Of a stretch of 64,000 bases of DNA, positions 37,789-49,027 are shown piece after piece (within the stretch, counting starts at the first letter, position 1; the number at the start of each line of letters is the position of its first letter). The notes under the pieces are model-generated. The model was not told the origin of the DNA and did no database searches. It saw nothing but the letters and a program-made list of their open reading frames with translations. This DNA is from Armatimonadota bacterium (GTDB taxonomy: Bacteria; Armatimonadota; HRBIN16), in contig OY781964.1 of NCBI GenBank assembly GCA_963677485.1, positions 2,560,001 to 2,624,000 of the forward strand. The letters run 5' to 3'. A program made the position numbers and the translations under genes.

Positions 37789-38880
37789 CTACGGTTTCTC
37801 TAGAACTCCCGTGAACAGAAGCTCACCCGTTGCGTCGTTGCGCACTATGTACACGAACGGCCGGTTGAACAGCAGTGGGCGAGGCATGGATAACATGATG
37901 CCTATGCCGGTGGCTGCAGCGGCCTTGGTTCCCGCCTCATCCACTGTGATGGTGGCCTTTTGAAGTGCCTCATAGATGAACAAACCGCGTGATCCCGTGC
38001 CGCTCATCGCGCTGAAGTCAGCCTGTCCACCGAAAGGAAGCGTCATGCCCAGGGCATTCATCACAGGGATCAGTTTATGCTCAGAGGTCAGGTCGAACTT
38101 AGGCACAAAAAGCGATACTTTGGCCGTAACCAGGCTATTCTTGATATCGGTCAGTTTGGCCGCGGTCAACTCGTTCAGGAATTGGCTCATGGCTACGTTC
38201 GCATTGGGCATGATCAGCAGCATGGACCAGCCCTTCACATCATAATCCATTTGTACGGCTGTGTACAGATTGTCCTTACACGCGAACACGCCGGTCGTGT
38301 TCATAAACGGTACTTTTTGCATCATCTTGTTGCGCGTCATCCAAGGTGCAAGTGCTGTCTGTTTTGGGTCAAACTGCTTTGCCCATTTACCGTCAAACGC
38401 CACCGCATTCACCAGAAGCAGTGTGGTATCCGGATCAAGTCTTTCAAACAGCTTTTTGATGCGGCTCTTGGTCTTTTGCTTCACCCAGTTATTGACTTTG
38501 TCCACCGCGTCCCTCTGGCGGAAGTCCTGCTGGAAGGCATCTGCGCGATAATCGGTACCCACGCGACGGACATACTCGGGGTTCAACTTTTCATTTATCG
38601 ACATCCACATGCTGTTGGCGATCTGTAGCATTTCGGGCGGAAGCCCTGCCATCATCTGGCGTAGCGCGGTGTTGTTCTGCCGGTTGATCTCCGGAACAGG
38701 GCCGGTATACCCGAGCACCGAGGCCATCTGACGCAGCGTAGTTCCCGCTGCACCATTGAGTGCCATGCAGAATGTCATACGCACACTGTATGGAGACAGG
38801 CTCATGTTGAGCCCAGGTTTATAGCACTGACGGGTGAGTTTGAGAGCAAATTCGGTATTGGAGAGGGAAGTCGCAGCCAT
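37789..38880 (-). CDS. Serpin-family protein
   Basis: LSPYS, VNNWVKQKT, NAVAFDGKW, hinge DEAGTKAAAAT and FNRPF. GGAGG RBS before ATG 38880. Confidence 0.95.
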   Translation of the reverse strand: MAATSLSNTEFALKLTRQCYKPGLNMSLSPYSVRMTFCMALNGAAGTTLRQMASVLGYTGPVPEINRQNNTALRQMMAGLPPEMLQIANSMWMSINEKLNPEYVRRVGTDYRADAFQQDFRQRDAVDKVNNWVKQKTKSRIKKLFERLDPDTTLLLVNAVAFDGKWAKQFDPKQTALAPWMTRNKMMQKVPFMNTTGVFACKDNLYTAVQMDYDVKGWSMLLIMPNANVAMSQFLNELTAAKLTDIKNSLVTAKVSLFVPKFDLTSEHKLIPVMNALGMTLPFGGQADFSAMSGTGSRGLFIYEALQKATITVDEAGTKAAAATGIGIMLSMPRPLLFNRPFVYIVRNDATGELLFTGVLEKP

Positions 38881-39202
38881 AATGTAAAGCCTCCGAAACA
38901 TCATCGTAGAGTGGAGAGTTACCAATACAGGAGCTTGTCAGTTCCTGCACTGTTATTAGGACTGTCTGCTTCTTGGTATGGTTATCATGACGCCCACCGG
39001 ATTTCTCTGAACCACGGATTACGCGGATTGATAGGATGGCACGGATGGAGAGGGAGGACTGGGGCCGTGTATGGGCGTTTCGCGAAACGCCCTGGGTGAC
39101 AGTGCCCATACCATGCGATACCTGAGTAGTTACATCAACTGCATGGCATAATATACATAGACGGTTCCGAATACTAACTCTCAACCGCAAAGGATATTTC
39201 GC

Positions 39203-39733
39203 TTGTTATTACTAGCCGCCAGGACGCTTCAATCAGCCTCATCTGCCACCACAGAGGCTTTGAAAGGCACTCCCACGATTTGGGGTCATCTGTCTGTATT
39301 GATTGCCATACTGGCACTATTCGCGGTGGGATATTACACGGCAAAGTCCAATAAAGGCGGCCAAAAGGTTGAGCCAGAGGACCAGACAGATGGTAGCGTG
39401 CCCGTGTGCGAAGAGACCTGGGCCAACAGCCGTGAGCTTGGCACGCTTGTGGAGGAGTTCGACCAAGATGGTGTGCATGTTCAGATATACAACATGTGGG
39501 TGCAGATTGACGGGCTGATTACCTACCATCGTGCATTCTGCTTCCTGCCCGATAAGACGGAGCCTTTTCTGATCTTCAACCTCGATGGTGCCATGGGTTG
39601 CTTTTTCTTCAGCGTGCATAACCATCGCCACCGCATTGCCCATGCGCAGGTGCATAACAGTGTGACTGTGGCACAATGGCGTTCGTGGGCGATGTCGATG
39701 TTGCCAAGATACTATAAACCTGTGACGGAATAA
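39203..39733 (+). CDS. Hypothetical membrane-anchored protein
   Basis: AAGGA RBS, TTG start, one TM segment. Confidence 0.6.
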   Translation: MLLLAARTLQSASSATTEALKGTPTIWGHLSVLIAILALFAVGYYTAKSNKGGQKVEPEDQTDGSVPVCEETWANSRELGTLVEEFDQDGVHVQIYNMWVQIDGLITYHRAFCFLPDKTEPFLIFNLDGAMGCFFFSVHNHRHRIAHAQVHNSVTVAQWRSWAMSMLPRYYKPVTE

Positions 39734-39850
39734 GATTTCGACACCCCTTGCCAGATGTCTTGTTACAGGAGATCATTGAGGCAACCATCATATGATATTC
39801 CTCATGGGTTACACTACTACTAGAGTATTGAAAAACCGGGAGGATGCAGC

Positions 39851-41869
39851 ATGTTTGCTGTTGTCACGCCTTTTGCACTTGGCATAATCGCTGCATTCGT
39901 CATGATCTGCATCATCTGGTCATCACGGCATACCCGTACGGGCCGGTATTTTATCAAATTTGCTCTGATCATGATGTGGTGGAGCACATTCTACGTGCTT
40001 GAGTTATTCAGCACCACGAAAAACACGGCTCTGTTCTTCGCCAATATCCAATTTCTGAGTATTCCATTTTTACCCGGATACTGGTTTCTGCTGGTAAGGT
40101 CTCATCTGGGCATGGCCACTATGACTCGTCCAGCCAAAACATTGCTGTTTTTACCTGGTATCATCACGTTGGTTTTCGCCGTTACGGATCCCTGGTTGGG
40201 ACTCCTGCGTCATAACCCTCAATTTTTACAAGCGCCCGGCGGATCCTGGGTGGTTGATGCCCACTATAATCTGTGGCATAACGCTGTGTTTCTGCCATAC
40301 CTCTATATCACGATAGCCGTCAGCAGCAGCATCCTGCTCTTGCGCGTAAAATCAATGCCCTCGTATTACCGGTTACCCACCATCGTGCTTGCTCTTGTGC
40401 CTGTGCCGGTTTGTGTGGCTGGGGTGATATACCACATGGGATATAGTCCAATTCCCCATGTGAACTATGCGGTTGCGGTATTTAGTGTGATGTCAATCCC
40501 CGTCTGCTGGGGTATCTACCGCAAAAAGTGGTTGAATCTGGCACCACAAGCACGGGACCTACTCATTTCCTCGATGCAGGACGGTGTGGTGGTGGTTGAC
40601 CGAGACCACATGGTCATAGATTATAACCACGCCGCCGAGACGCTTCTTGAGTTGAATCTGGAGCACAATATCGGCCGCGCCATCAGCACTTTGATCCCTT
40701 ATGTTGACCACACCGAACAGATATTTCAAATCGGTGGCCGTTCCCTGCAATATACGCACCATGTGATACATGATCGCACAGGCGAGGGTCTGGGCTGGAT
40801 TTACGTATTCAGCGACATCAGTGCCGAGATACGTCTGCGGAGGCTGTTGCAGGTGGCGGTTCAGATGCTGCCTAACCCTACAGTTGTGGTTCAAGATGGC
40901 CAGGTGGTGCAGCACAGCCTAACCATGGAGAGCTGCTTTGGCTACCAACTATCTGAATTTACAGATTTCCATACCTGGGCCAAAAAGGCGATGCCTGAAT
41001 GGTCGTTTGACCCTGCCACCTCGCCCAATGCGGCGGCCACGGAGTATGTGATGCACTGCGCAAATGGCGTTCAGAAGCATGTGCAGGTCGCCAGCGCTGA
41101 CTTGGGTGAAATGGTCACCTGGACATTGACCGACATCACCGATCGGTACCAAATGGAGCAGAAGCTTCAGCAGGCACTTCATGAGCTGGAACATACGAAC
41201 CAGGAGCTGCAGAGTTTTGCTTACGTCATCTCCCACGACTTGAAAGCACCGCTGAGGGCGATCAGCAACATCAGCCAATGGATGCAGGAAGACTACTCCG
41301 AACAGCTGGATGACGCCGGTAAAGAGCAGCTTGCCTTGCTGGCGGACAGGTCAATCCGGCTGAGCACGATGGTGGACGGTGTGCTGCGTTATTCGCGCAT
41401 GAACAGCCGCGACTATGTCATGGACCTAGTTAACTCTGATGCGATGGTGCGGACGATTATTGATTCGTTAAGCATACCCGAAGGACTGCAAATCATCGCC
41501 AACCCATTACCAAACTTATATGGCGATGCGGTGAGGTTGGAGCAGGTGTTTCAAAACCTGCTGAGTAACGCGGTGAGGTTCATTGATCGGACTGATGGAG
41601 TGATCGAAATCCTGTATATGGGCGAAGAAGCCTGCTTCAGTGTGCGAAACAACGGCCCGAGCATCCCCGTCAGGGACCGCGAGCGTATATTTACGCTGTT
41701 TACCACCGGATCCAACCGCAAAGAAGACAGCACCGGGGTGGGGCTGGCTCTGGTTAAACGTGTGGTGGAGATGTATGGCGGGCATATCTGGCTGGAAGAC
41801 CCAGGGCATGAGGGCTGTGAGTTCCGCTTCACCCTGCCGAAGTGCATGGAGCGTCCAGAAGCCGTCTAG
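39851..41869 (+). CDS. Sensor histidine kinase with N-terminal 7TM region and PAS domains
   Basis: Seven hydrophobic segments; PAS-like DGVVVVD..YNHAA; FAYVISHDLKAPL; QVFQNLLSNA; GVGLALV. Confidence 0.92.
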   Translation: MFAVVTPFALGIIAAFVMICIIWSSRHTRTGRYFIKFALIMMWWSTFYVLELFSTTKNTALFFANIQFLSIPFLPGYWFLLVRSHLGMATMTRPAKTLLFLPGIITLVFAVTDPWLGLLRHNPQFLQAPGGSWVVDAHYNLWHNAVFLPYLYITIAVSSSILLLRVKSMPSYYRLPTIVLALVPVPVCVAGVIYHMGYSPIPHVNYAVAVFSVMSIPVCWGIYRKKWLNLAPQARDLLISSMQDGVVVVDRDHMVIDYNHAAETLLELNLEHNIGRAISTLIPYVDHTEQIFQIGGRSLQYTHHVIHDRTGEGLGWIYVFSDISAEIRLRRLLQVAVQMLPNPTVVVQDGQVVQHSLTMESCFGYQLSEFTDFHTWAKKAMPEWSFDPATSPNAAATEYVMHCANGVQKHVQVASADLGEMVTWTLTDITDRYQMEQKLQQALHELEHTNQELQSFAYVISHDLKAPLRAISNISQWMQEDYSEQLDDAGKEQLALLADRSIRLSTMVDGVLRYSRMNSRDYVMDLVNSDAMVRTIIDSLSIPEGLQIIANPLPNLYGDAVRLEQVFQNLLSNAVRFIDRTDGVIEILYMGEEACFSVRNNGPSIPVRDRERIFTLFTTGSNRKEDSTGVGLALVKRVVEMYGGHIWLEDPGHEGCEFRFTLPKCMERPEAV

Positions 41870-41894
41870 CGCAACCGCGAGGGGAGGGTTTGTG

Positions 41895-42140
41895 TCACGC
41901 GGAGACGCGGAGGGCGCGGAGGGGGAAGGTTCATCCACAGATTACGCAGATTTCGCAGATGAGGTTCTGAATGACCGCATCGGAAGGCATCTGCATAGAA
42001 AGCGCAAGTGTGACGATAAACCTCGCAGTTCATTCGCTTTCGCACGAATTAATCTGCGCAATCTGTGTAATCTGTGGATGATTCCCTCCGATGAAGCCAA
42101 CATAAGAACCAATAGGACATGTCAGACGAGTAGGACGAGG
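41895..42140. repeat. Repeat-arm cluster between convergent genes
   Basis: TCACGCGGAGACGCGGAG; ATCCACAGATTACGCAGAT with a reverse copy ending 42078. Confidence 0.8.
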
Positions 42141-42204
42141 TGGAGTTATTGCCACAATAACGTAATTATTCCGTCTCCTATCTCCTCGCTATCTCCTCCC
42201 CAAG

Positions 42205-44813
42205 CTACTCCATCCACTGCCGAAGCTGCTGGTCGTCGACCTCCAGCTCGCCGCGCAGCCAGGCGGTGATCCGCTCCAGCTCGCGGTCGGCCTGAGGCAG
42301 GCGGGTAGCCCCAGCCTCGGGCTCAGGGTAGTGCCGGTATTCCATGCCGTGCTCGAGGCCAGGCTGGCAGGAGTTCGGCACCGGGATGCCCGCCGCCTTC
42401 AGAAGCACCTCCAGCCAGGTGCCCTTGCAGTCGGGGAAGCCCAGCATCACCAACTGGTGAATCGGGCGGGTGCAGGCCACGTACCACAGCCGCAGCTCCT
42501 CCTCCCAGCTCCGCTGCCGTTCCCACTGCACGCACGCCTGCGTGAGGCAGCTTTCGCCCACCAGGTCATGCGCCAGCAGGTGCAGCGATGGCACGCAGCG
42601 CAGGGGGATGGTGCCCGGGTTGCGGGTGACCTTCCGCGTGATATCTGCCAGATAGACCACCGGAAACTCAAGACCCTTGGCACCGTGCACGGTGAAGATG
42701 CGCACCACATCGGCCTGCTCCTCAAGCAGCGGAGCCTCCCCCTCGCGCATCGCCAACTGCACCAGATCATCCGCATGGTCGCAAAACTCCAGCAGCGTGC
42801 CGGTGTGCTCCAGCGTGATCTCAATCAGCTTGCGCACGTTCAACCAGCGTTGCTTGCCATCGGGTCGGCAGATCAGCTTGAGTTGAAGTTGCGTGGCATG
42901 GGCTAATTCCTCCAGGCATTGAGCGGCGGTCAGACGCTCACCGCGCTTTTGAAGCTGGCGTACGGTGCTCACGAACGGCTCCGCCAGTGCCTTCTGCGGG
43001 TGGGGTTCTGAGCGGTTCAGCCAGTTGGTCAGCCGAATCCAGAACGGGTTCTTGGCTGGGTTAGCTCCGCCGTCGCGGGCGATCAGCTCCAGCGTATCGC
43101 TGTCCAGACCGACCAGCGGCGATCGCAGCACGCTGGCCAGTGCGATGTCCTCCCACGGAGTTGCGACCACCACGGCCGCGTTGAGCATATCCCGCACCTC
43201 CGCCCGATGGTAGTAGTGCCTTCGGGCCGTGTTGTAGAACGGAATGCCCAACTCAGTAAGCCCATGCTCCAGATCGGCCACATTGCTGGTCTGGCGAAGT
43301 AGTATCGCGAAGTCGCCGTATTTCCGACCATGCTCCTTGCGCTGATGCAGGATGTCGTGTCCAATCGCCCGCGCAGCGGCTCGCGCGTACTGAGCCTGCG
43401 AAGGCTGCGGATCGACCATCAGCAGCGCGGTGCAGGCGCTGCGGCTGGGCTCGAACTGTTGACCGGCACTCAGTGCCATGAAGCCAGACTGCCACATCGG
43501 CTCGAACGCCTTCTGCACAAATAGTAGCACGCCTTCGCGGCTGCGGTAGTTGGCCGTGAGCTGCACCACGGCACCCTCTCCATCGCGGCCGCCGTTTTGC
43601 GTCAGCCCAGATAATAGCGAGGGCTCCGCATGCCGGAAGCCATATATGCTCTGCTGCACATCACCTACCGTGAACAGCCGGCCAGGCGCGGCTACCAGCT
43701 CCAGCAGACGCATCTGCAGCGGGTTGGCGTCTTGAAATTCGTCCACCATCACGCATTTGAAGTGCTTCTGGTAGCGCTGCTGCACCCCGGGATGCTGGCC
43801 CAGCAAGTCGATGCAGCGCTGCAGCCCATCGGTGAAGTCCTGCGCAGATCTTTTCTGCTTGATTTCCTGGAAGTTATGCCAGCAGCTTTCGATGATCTGC
43901 AGGATGCCCGGGTTGAGTGCCATCGCCTGCTGGTTGGTCTCGCTGCCGACACCGCTGAGTATCCGCTGCCAGGCCCGGCACCGATCTTGTGCCTGCACAG
44001 CCACCGGATGCTGCAGGCTTCCGCGCGTTTGGTACGCCAGCAGCTTGCACAGCTCCTCAATCTCCACTCCGGATCCGTCGCTGCAGCGGTCCACAATCTG
44101 CTGCCAGAAAGGCTTGACGGGGTTGCTTCCGACCAGCGGAATGGCCGATGGCAGTATCCCCATCAGGCTGGTGATGGCCGCCTGGGATAGCTGCTGCTTC
44201 CACAACTCCGGCTGCGACTGCATCTGCTCGCGCCATTGCTGTAACTGTGGCAGGTCGAAACCGTATATGCGCAGGTTGTTGAGTATCTGAAACAATGCCT
44301 TGCGGATGGCTTGAAGGGGGTCGCGCAGATTGGAGTCGTAGTCGACCCGGCCGTAAGCTAGCTTCAGCACGCTGCGCGCCGGTTCGATGTGGTCAATCAC
44401 CAGCTCATCCATGCTCTGAGTGAACGCGGTGGCAAATATCCGCTGCTCCTCCACCTCGGAAAGCTGGCTGGTGTCGGGGTCATAGCAGGCATCAAACGGG
44501 TTTTCCTGCAGCAGCCGCACGCAGAACGCGTCGATGGTGCTGATGTAGGCGCTATCCAGACGGCGCAGTTGCTCCGACTGGCCCTCTTCGTTCAGCCGAC
44601 GGCGGATGCGGGCGCGCATTTCCCCCGCGGCTTTGCGCGTGTAGGTGATGGAGAGGATCTGCGTGACATCCGCCTCACCCTGCAGCACCATTTGGATGAA
44701 CCGCTCCACCAGCACCGTGGTCTTGCTGAGCCGGCGCCCGCGCTCACGATGATGTCGCGCTCGCGCAGTGATACCGCCTGCTGCTGGTGCTCTGTCAGCC
44801 TGATGTTCGCCAA
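42205..44813 (-). pseudogene. UvrD/AddA-like SF1 helicase with a 1-nt deletion in the Walker A codons
   Basis: N-terminal VSAGAGS then a frame change to KTTVLVER near 44726. Motifs TYTRKAA, VDEFQD, VGDVQQSIYGFR, TVHGAKGLEF and YVACTR. Confidence 0.85.
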
Positions 44814-44901
44814 AAATGCTCTTTTCCCCTGGGTGATCGGTGCTCTACAGGGCTATTATGCCACGAGCGGTGCTTGTGCTGCCTTTTTGGTGGGTGCAAT
44901 A

Positions 44902-45462
44902 ATCCACAGATGACACAGATTGCGCAGATTGGGTTGTGGTCTCACGCGAAGACGCGAAGGACTATACGGTCGACCTTCGCATCGGCGTCATCTGTGTCAT
45001 CTGTGGATTGCCCTTCTCCTCGTGCCGATAGCCATCCGCCTTGGAGCAAGACCGGCGCGGTTAGGGAAAACCGCCCCGGACATAGGCAATTGAGCTATAG
45101 CGGTCGTCTCCCCTGCGCCGGAAGGGCTGAACCACGAATTCGGAATTGTCTCACGCGAAGACGCGAAGGATCATACGGTCAACCTTCGCATCTGCGCCAT
45201 CTGTGGATTGTCTTTCCCCTCGTGCCGATGGCCATCCGCCTTGGAGCGAGACCGGCGCGGTTAGGGAAAACCGCCCCGGACATAGGCAATTGAGTTATAG
45301 CGGTCGCCTCCCCTGCGCCGGTCGGGCTGAACCACGAATGAACACGAATTCGGAATTGACTCACGCGAAGACGCGAAGAGTGTACGGTCAACCTTCATAT
45401 CTGCGTAATCTGCGTAATCTGTGGATTGTCCTTCCCTTCTGCCTTCGCGTCTTCGCGTGAGA
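44902..45462. repeat. Tandem ~210-bp composite repeat (two full units and one partial)
   Basis: Units start (T)CTCACGCGAAGACGCGAAG at about 44940, 45149 and 45360; closed by a reverse arm ending 45462. Confidence 0.9.
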
Positions 45463-45559
45463 CTTGACCGGCGGTGTCGTCTTCCGCCCTGTCAAGCCAT
45501 CTTACGGTAATATCTAGATATCACACGCGAATTGCTCCAGCCACTGAGGATACCAAGAC

Positions 45560-47455
45560 ATGCAGAGCCTACCGCCAGAGGAGTTGCCAGAGATGAAGAA
45601 GCCGCAACAGATTGCCCCCAGTATCTATATGTATACCGACTCCTGCAACTGCTACGCGCTGGTGTCTGGTGATAGCGCGCTGCTGATCGACCCTGGTGAG
45701 GGCGGCATCATCGACCACCTGAAGACGCTGGGCGTGAAGAGGGTGGACTGGGTGCTGCATACGCACGCGCACCGAGAGCTGGCCGGGGCCGACGAACAGC
45801 TGATCCGAATGGGCGCGAAGGTCGCCGTGCCGGAACGTTCGCGCGCGTTTTTCGAGCAAGCCGAGGAGCTGTGGCAAAAGCGGCACACCTACTTCACATT
45901 CGCCTACGCCGAGAAATATGCCTTGCCCCTGCGCAACATCGCGGTGAGTGCGGAGCTGAGCGGCGGCGGACGGTTCCTCTGGAACGAGTATGAGCTTCGA
46001 ATCCTCAGCACACCCGGCCACAGCGAGTTTGGCGTGAGCCTGATTCTGAATCAAGGCAGCCAGCGAATCGGCTTCACCGGAGACCTCATGGCCGCTCCGG
46101 GTAAGATATGGGAGTTTGACAGCCTGCAGACCGGCTATGAGGAGTTCATACAGGGTCCCGAGCTGGTGCGCGTGCCGGAGCTGCAAGCGAGTCTGAAGGC
46201 GCTGGCGAAGCAGGAGCTCATGTTGATGCTTCCTGCGCATGGGGAGCCGATGAAGAGTCCAAACAGTGGGATGATGCGGCTAGACAGGCAGCTCACCCGG
46301 CTGGTCGAGAACGCCAAAGAGACAAGGTATTTCGACGGTGGTTTTGATCCTGTGCCGGAGGTGATCGCCATTGGCACCTGCGCCATCCAGTATTTCATCC
46401 CAGACGGTCAAGGCAACTGCGTGATGATCGACGCCGGCTTCTACGACTGGGACGGCGGGCGCATCAACCTGTTCGAGAAGATGAAAGAGTACCCTGAGAT
46501 CAAGAACATCGAGATCGTGATCCCCACGCACATCCACTCCGACCATGTGGCACTCTGCCGCGCCATGCGTCACCGCTACGGCGCGAAGCTCTACGCACAT
46601 GAGTGTCAGGCGGACATACTGGCGCGGCCCGAGCGGTATTTCGTGCCGTGCCTATGCAATCAGCCCATCACCGTGGACCGCGTGTTCAAGGAGGGTGAGA
46701 GCTTCACCTGGAGCGGTATGAAATTCAGCATGTACCACTTCCCCGGGCACACCTACTGGCATCAGCTCACCGTGCTGGAGGTGAACGGCAAGAAGATCGC
46801 CTTCACCGGCGATGCGATTGACGATTTCGACCATGTGCGCAGCATCGACACCTTCAACTACAACCCCATCGGCGAGCATGTGGGCGCCAACCGCTGCGTG
46901 GACCTGCTGGAGCAGATCAACCCCGACTACCTCTGCACAGGCCACTGGAGCATCCACAAGTGGAAGCCCGAGTATGTGAAGGGGATGCGCGACTGGGTGA
47001 GCCGTCACAACCGGCTGATCACCCAGATGAGCGCGCAGGCCGACCCAAACCTGAGCTACCATATCCGCTGGGCCGACCTGCTGCCCTTCCGGAGCGTGCT
47101 GCAGCCAGGCGAAAAGAGGAAGTTGAACGTGAAGCTGCTGAACCACCTGCCCACAGTGGGTCAGTTTGAGGTCAAGCTGGAGCTGCCCGAAGGCTGGAGC
47201 GCGAAACCGGCCGTTGCCCACCTCAGCCTCCCCGCCAAGGGCAGTGCTGAGCTTCCGTTTGAGGTCACCGCCCCACGGCAGGCCAAGCCCATGCGCTACA
47301 TGGCCGGGGTGAACGTGGTGCTGAACGGTCAGGCTTACGGTGCCATGGGACTGGGCTGCCTGGACATCGGCGAGGACTGGAGTATCGAGAACCGCGACCC
47401 CAACCAGGTGCCCGGTGTCAGCCAGCCGGACTACGGTTTTCAGGCCAGCAGCTAG
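45560..47455 (+). CDS. Tandem double MBL-fold metallohydrolase with C-terminal NEW3-like domain
   Basis: HTHAHRE..TPGHS..FTGD..PAHG and THIHSDH..FPGHT..FTGD..TGH; LELPEGWS. Confidence 0.88.
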   Translation: MQSLPPEELPEMKKPQQIAPSIYMYTDSCNCYALVSGDSALLIDPGEGGIIDHLKTLGVKRVDWVLHTHAHRELAGADEQLIRMGAKVAVPERSRAFFEQAEELWQKRHTYFTFAYAEKYALPLRNIAVSAELSGGGRFLWNEYELRILSTPGHSEFGVSLILNQGSQRIGFTGDLMAAPGKIWEFDSLQTGYEEFIQGPELVRVPELQASLKALAKQELMLMLPAHGEPMKSPNSGMMRLDRQLTRLVENAKETRYFDGGFDPVPEVIAIGTCAIQYFIPDGQGNCVMIDAGFYDWDGGRINLFEKMKEYPEIKNIEIVIPTHIHSDHVALCRAMRHRYGAKLYAHECQADILARPERYFVPCLCNQPITVDRVFKEGESFTWSGMKFSMYHFPGHTYWHQLTVLEVNGKKIAFTGDAIDDFDHVRSIDTFNYNPIGEHVGANRCVDLLEQINPDYLCTGHWSIHKWKPEYVKGMRDWVSRHNRLITQMSAQADPNLSYHIRWADLLPFRSVLQPGEKRKLNVKLLNHLPTVGQFEVKLELPEGWSAKPAVAHLSLPAKGSAELPFEVTAPRQAKPMRYMAGVNVVLNGQAYGAMGLGCLDIGEDWSIENRDPNQVPGVSQPDYGFQASS

Positions 47456-47606
47456 CGTGTGGGATGGTGGGGGTAATTGGCCTACTCGTCGTAGCTGTCT
47501 TGTAGGGTATTTGCTACCCACCGGCGTAACCCGGCGGGCATTCCGGGTATCTAGTGGCTTACCATCTCCGGTATCATCACACCAAGCCATGTGCTATTGA
47601 TAGTCC

Positions 47607-47820
47607 GGCACCCACGAAGTGGGTAAGATTCATTATAGCCAGGGGTGAGCGAAGCGATACCCCTGGTAAAGGTTGCACCTTCTTACCCCGAAGTGGGTCG
47701 AACCATGTCGGCACCACAGAAGGCCCACGTTCGTGGGTAAATGATGTTGGGCTGCCTTCCACGGGTTACGCTTTCGCTCACCCGTGGCTATAATGAATCG
47801 CACCCGCTTCGGGGTGCCCG
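47607..47820. repeat. REP-like inverted doublet
   Basis: ATAGCCAGGGGTGAGCGAAGCGATACCCCTGG and an inverted diverged copy CCACGGG..CTCACCCGTGGCTATA. Confidence 0.8.
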
Positions 47821-47991
47821 GACAGTGCAAAACACATTCAGCAGCCTGATTCTACCGCCACCCATTACATACCACGTGTTGTTATGCACACTCCTTTCAC
47901 TTCGCATTGCCCCCCTTGACATATCGCATGAAGGAATCGCTATCAAGGCTGTCGAAACAAATGCTATGATACCCATCACGAGACAATTCCA

Positions 47992-48960
47992 ATGAACTGT
48001 ATTCCAATCAATATCACGATGTTGGCATCCGTGTTGGTGGCATGTCTGCTGGTTCCAGCATTCATGCTCATGGCTGCGAGGCGGGTAGTAGCACGAACGT
48101 TAATGCCGGAAGACAAGCGGTACTACGCAGAGATATGGTGGATGTGCCTCTATTGCGCTCTGCCTAACTTGGCACTACTATATGGATTGATTGCTTTTGC
48201 CTTCTCCATCACGGTCAACACGTTCAACATGCTGCAGTCACAGTTACTGTTGGACCTACCGGCCATCGTATGGTTTGTTCTATGCTATCGAAAAATGGCT
48301 AATCTGCGAGCCAGCCTTGTTCCTGACACAGAATACAAACAATATGCTCCCAAATGCGCAGCACTCAAGTTTCGTGGATATGCTTCTGTATTGCTGTTAA
48401 TGCCGTTTGTCATGGCAGTATCTGCAGTTATGATCGGATCGAATGATGATTTTACATTCTCTGTGCTGGTGAGTTTCGGTTTGTCTTTGGCGTATATCAT
48501 TCTTATGTATATCTTCGTGGTCCGTTACATCCCACCGTTATTCGACCGTATCATGCCTGCATCTGAAATGGAGATGTTGAAGAATAAACTAGCAGAGGCC
48601 AACCGCCTACTCAACCAGAACCTGCCAGACGGTCATATCCCCGTTAAGCTGGAGATCATGAGGATGATGCATTTCAAAGACTCCTTCCAGAGTGTTAGTG
48701 TCGACATGATATCCGAAAAACGCGTTAGTGTCAGCCTCCTTGGCCTGAAGCGGCTTGATGAGAATGAGCTGTTGTTTCTGTCACTGAGCGGAGCTTTTCG
48801 AGGCATATCTATGAAAAGCCAGGTTCTAGCGGACCAGCGCGCTCTGGCCATCACCGCAGACCGCCCCGCGGCGATTTCGTCCTTGAAGAAGGAGCTAGCG
48901 ACCGCCTTTAAAGAAGTGCGTCAACTGCAGAAGCGTATCAAGGCTTTGGAAGTGATATGA
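47992..48960 (+). CDS. Membrane protein with a degenerate M48-peptidase-like C-terminus (no HExxH)
   Basis: About five TMs; VSVSLLGLKRLDENELLF and ADQRALAITADRPAAISSLKK. Confidence 0.7.
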   Translation: MNCIPINITMLASVLVACLLVPAFMLMAARRVVARTLMPEDKRYYAEIWWMCLYCALPNLALLYGLIAFAFSITVNTFNMLQSQLLLDLPAIVWFVLCYRKMANLRASLVPDTEYKQYAPKCAALKFRGYASVLLLMPFVMAVSAVMIGSNDDFTFSVLVSFGLSLAYIILMYIFVVRYIPPLFDRIMPASEMEMLKNKLAEANRLLNQNLPDGHIPVKLEIMRMMHFKDSFQSVSVDMISEKRVSVSLLGLKRLDENELLFLSLSGAFRGISMKSQVLADQRALAITADRPAAISSLKKELATAFKEVRQLQKRIKALEVI

Positions 48961-49027
48961 AACAGCTGCCATTGGCAATCACGGCTGTCGAAACAAGAGC
49001 TATGATACCCATCACAGGACAAAACCT

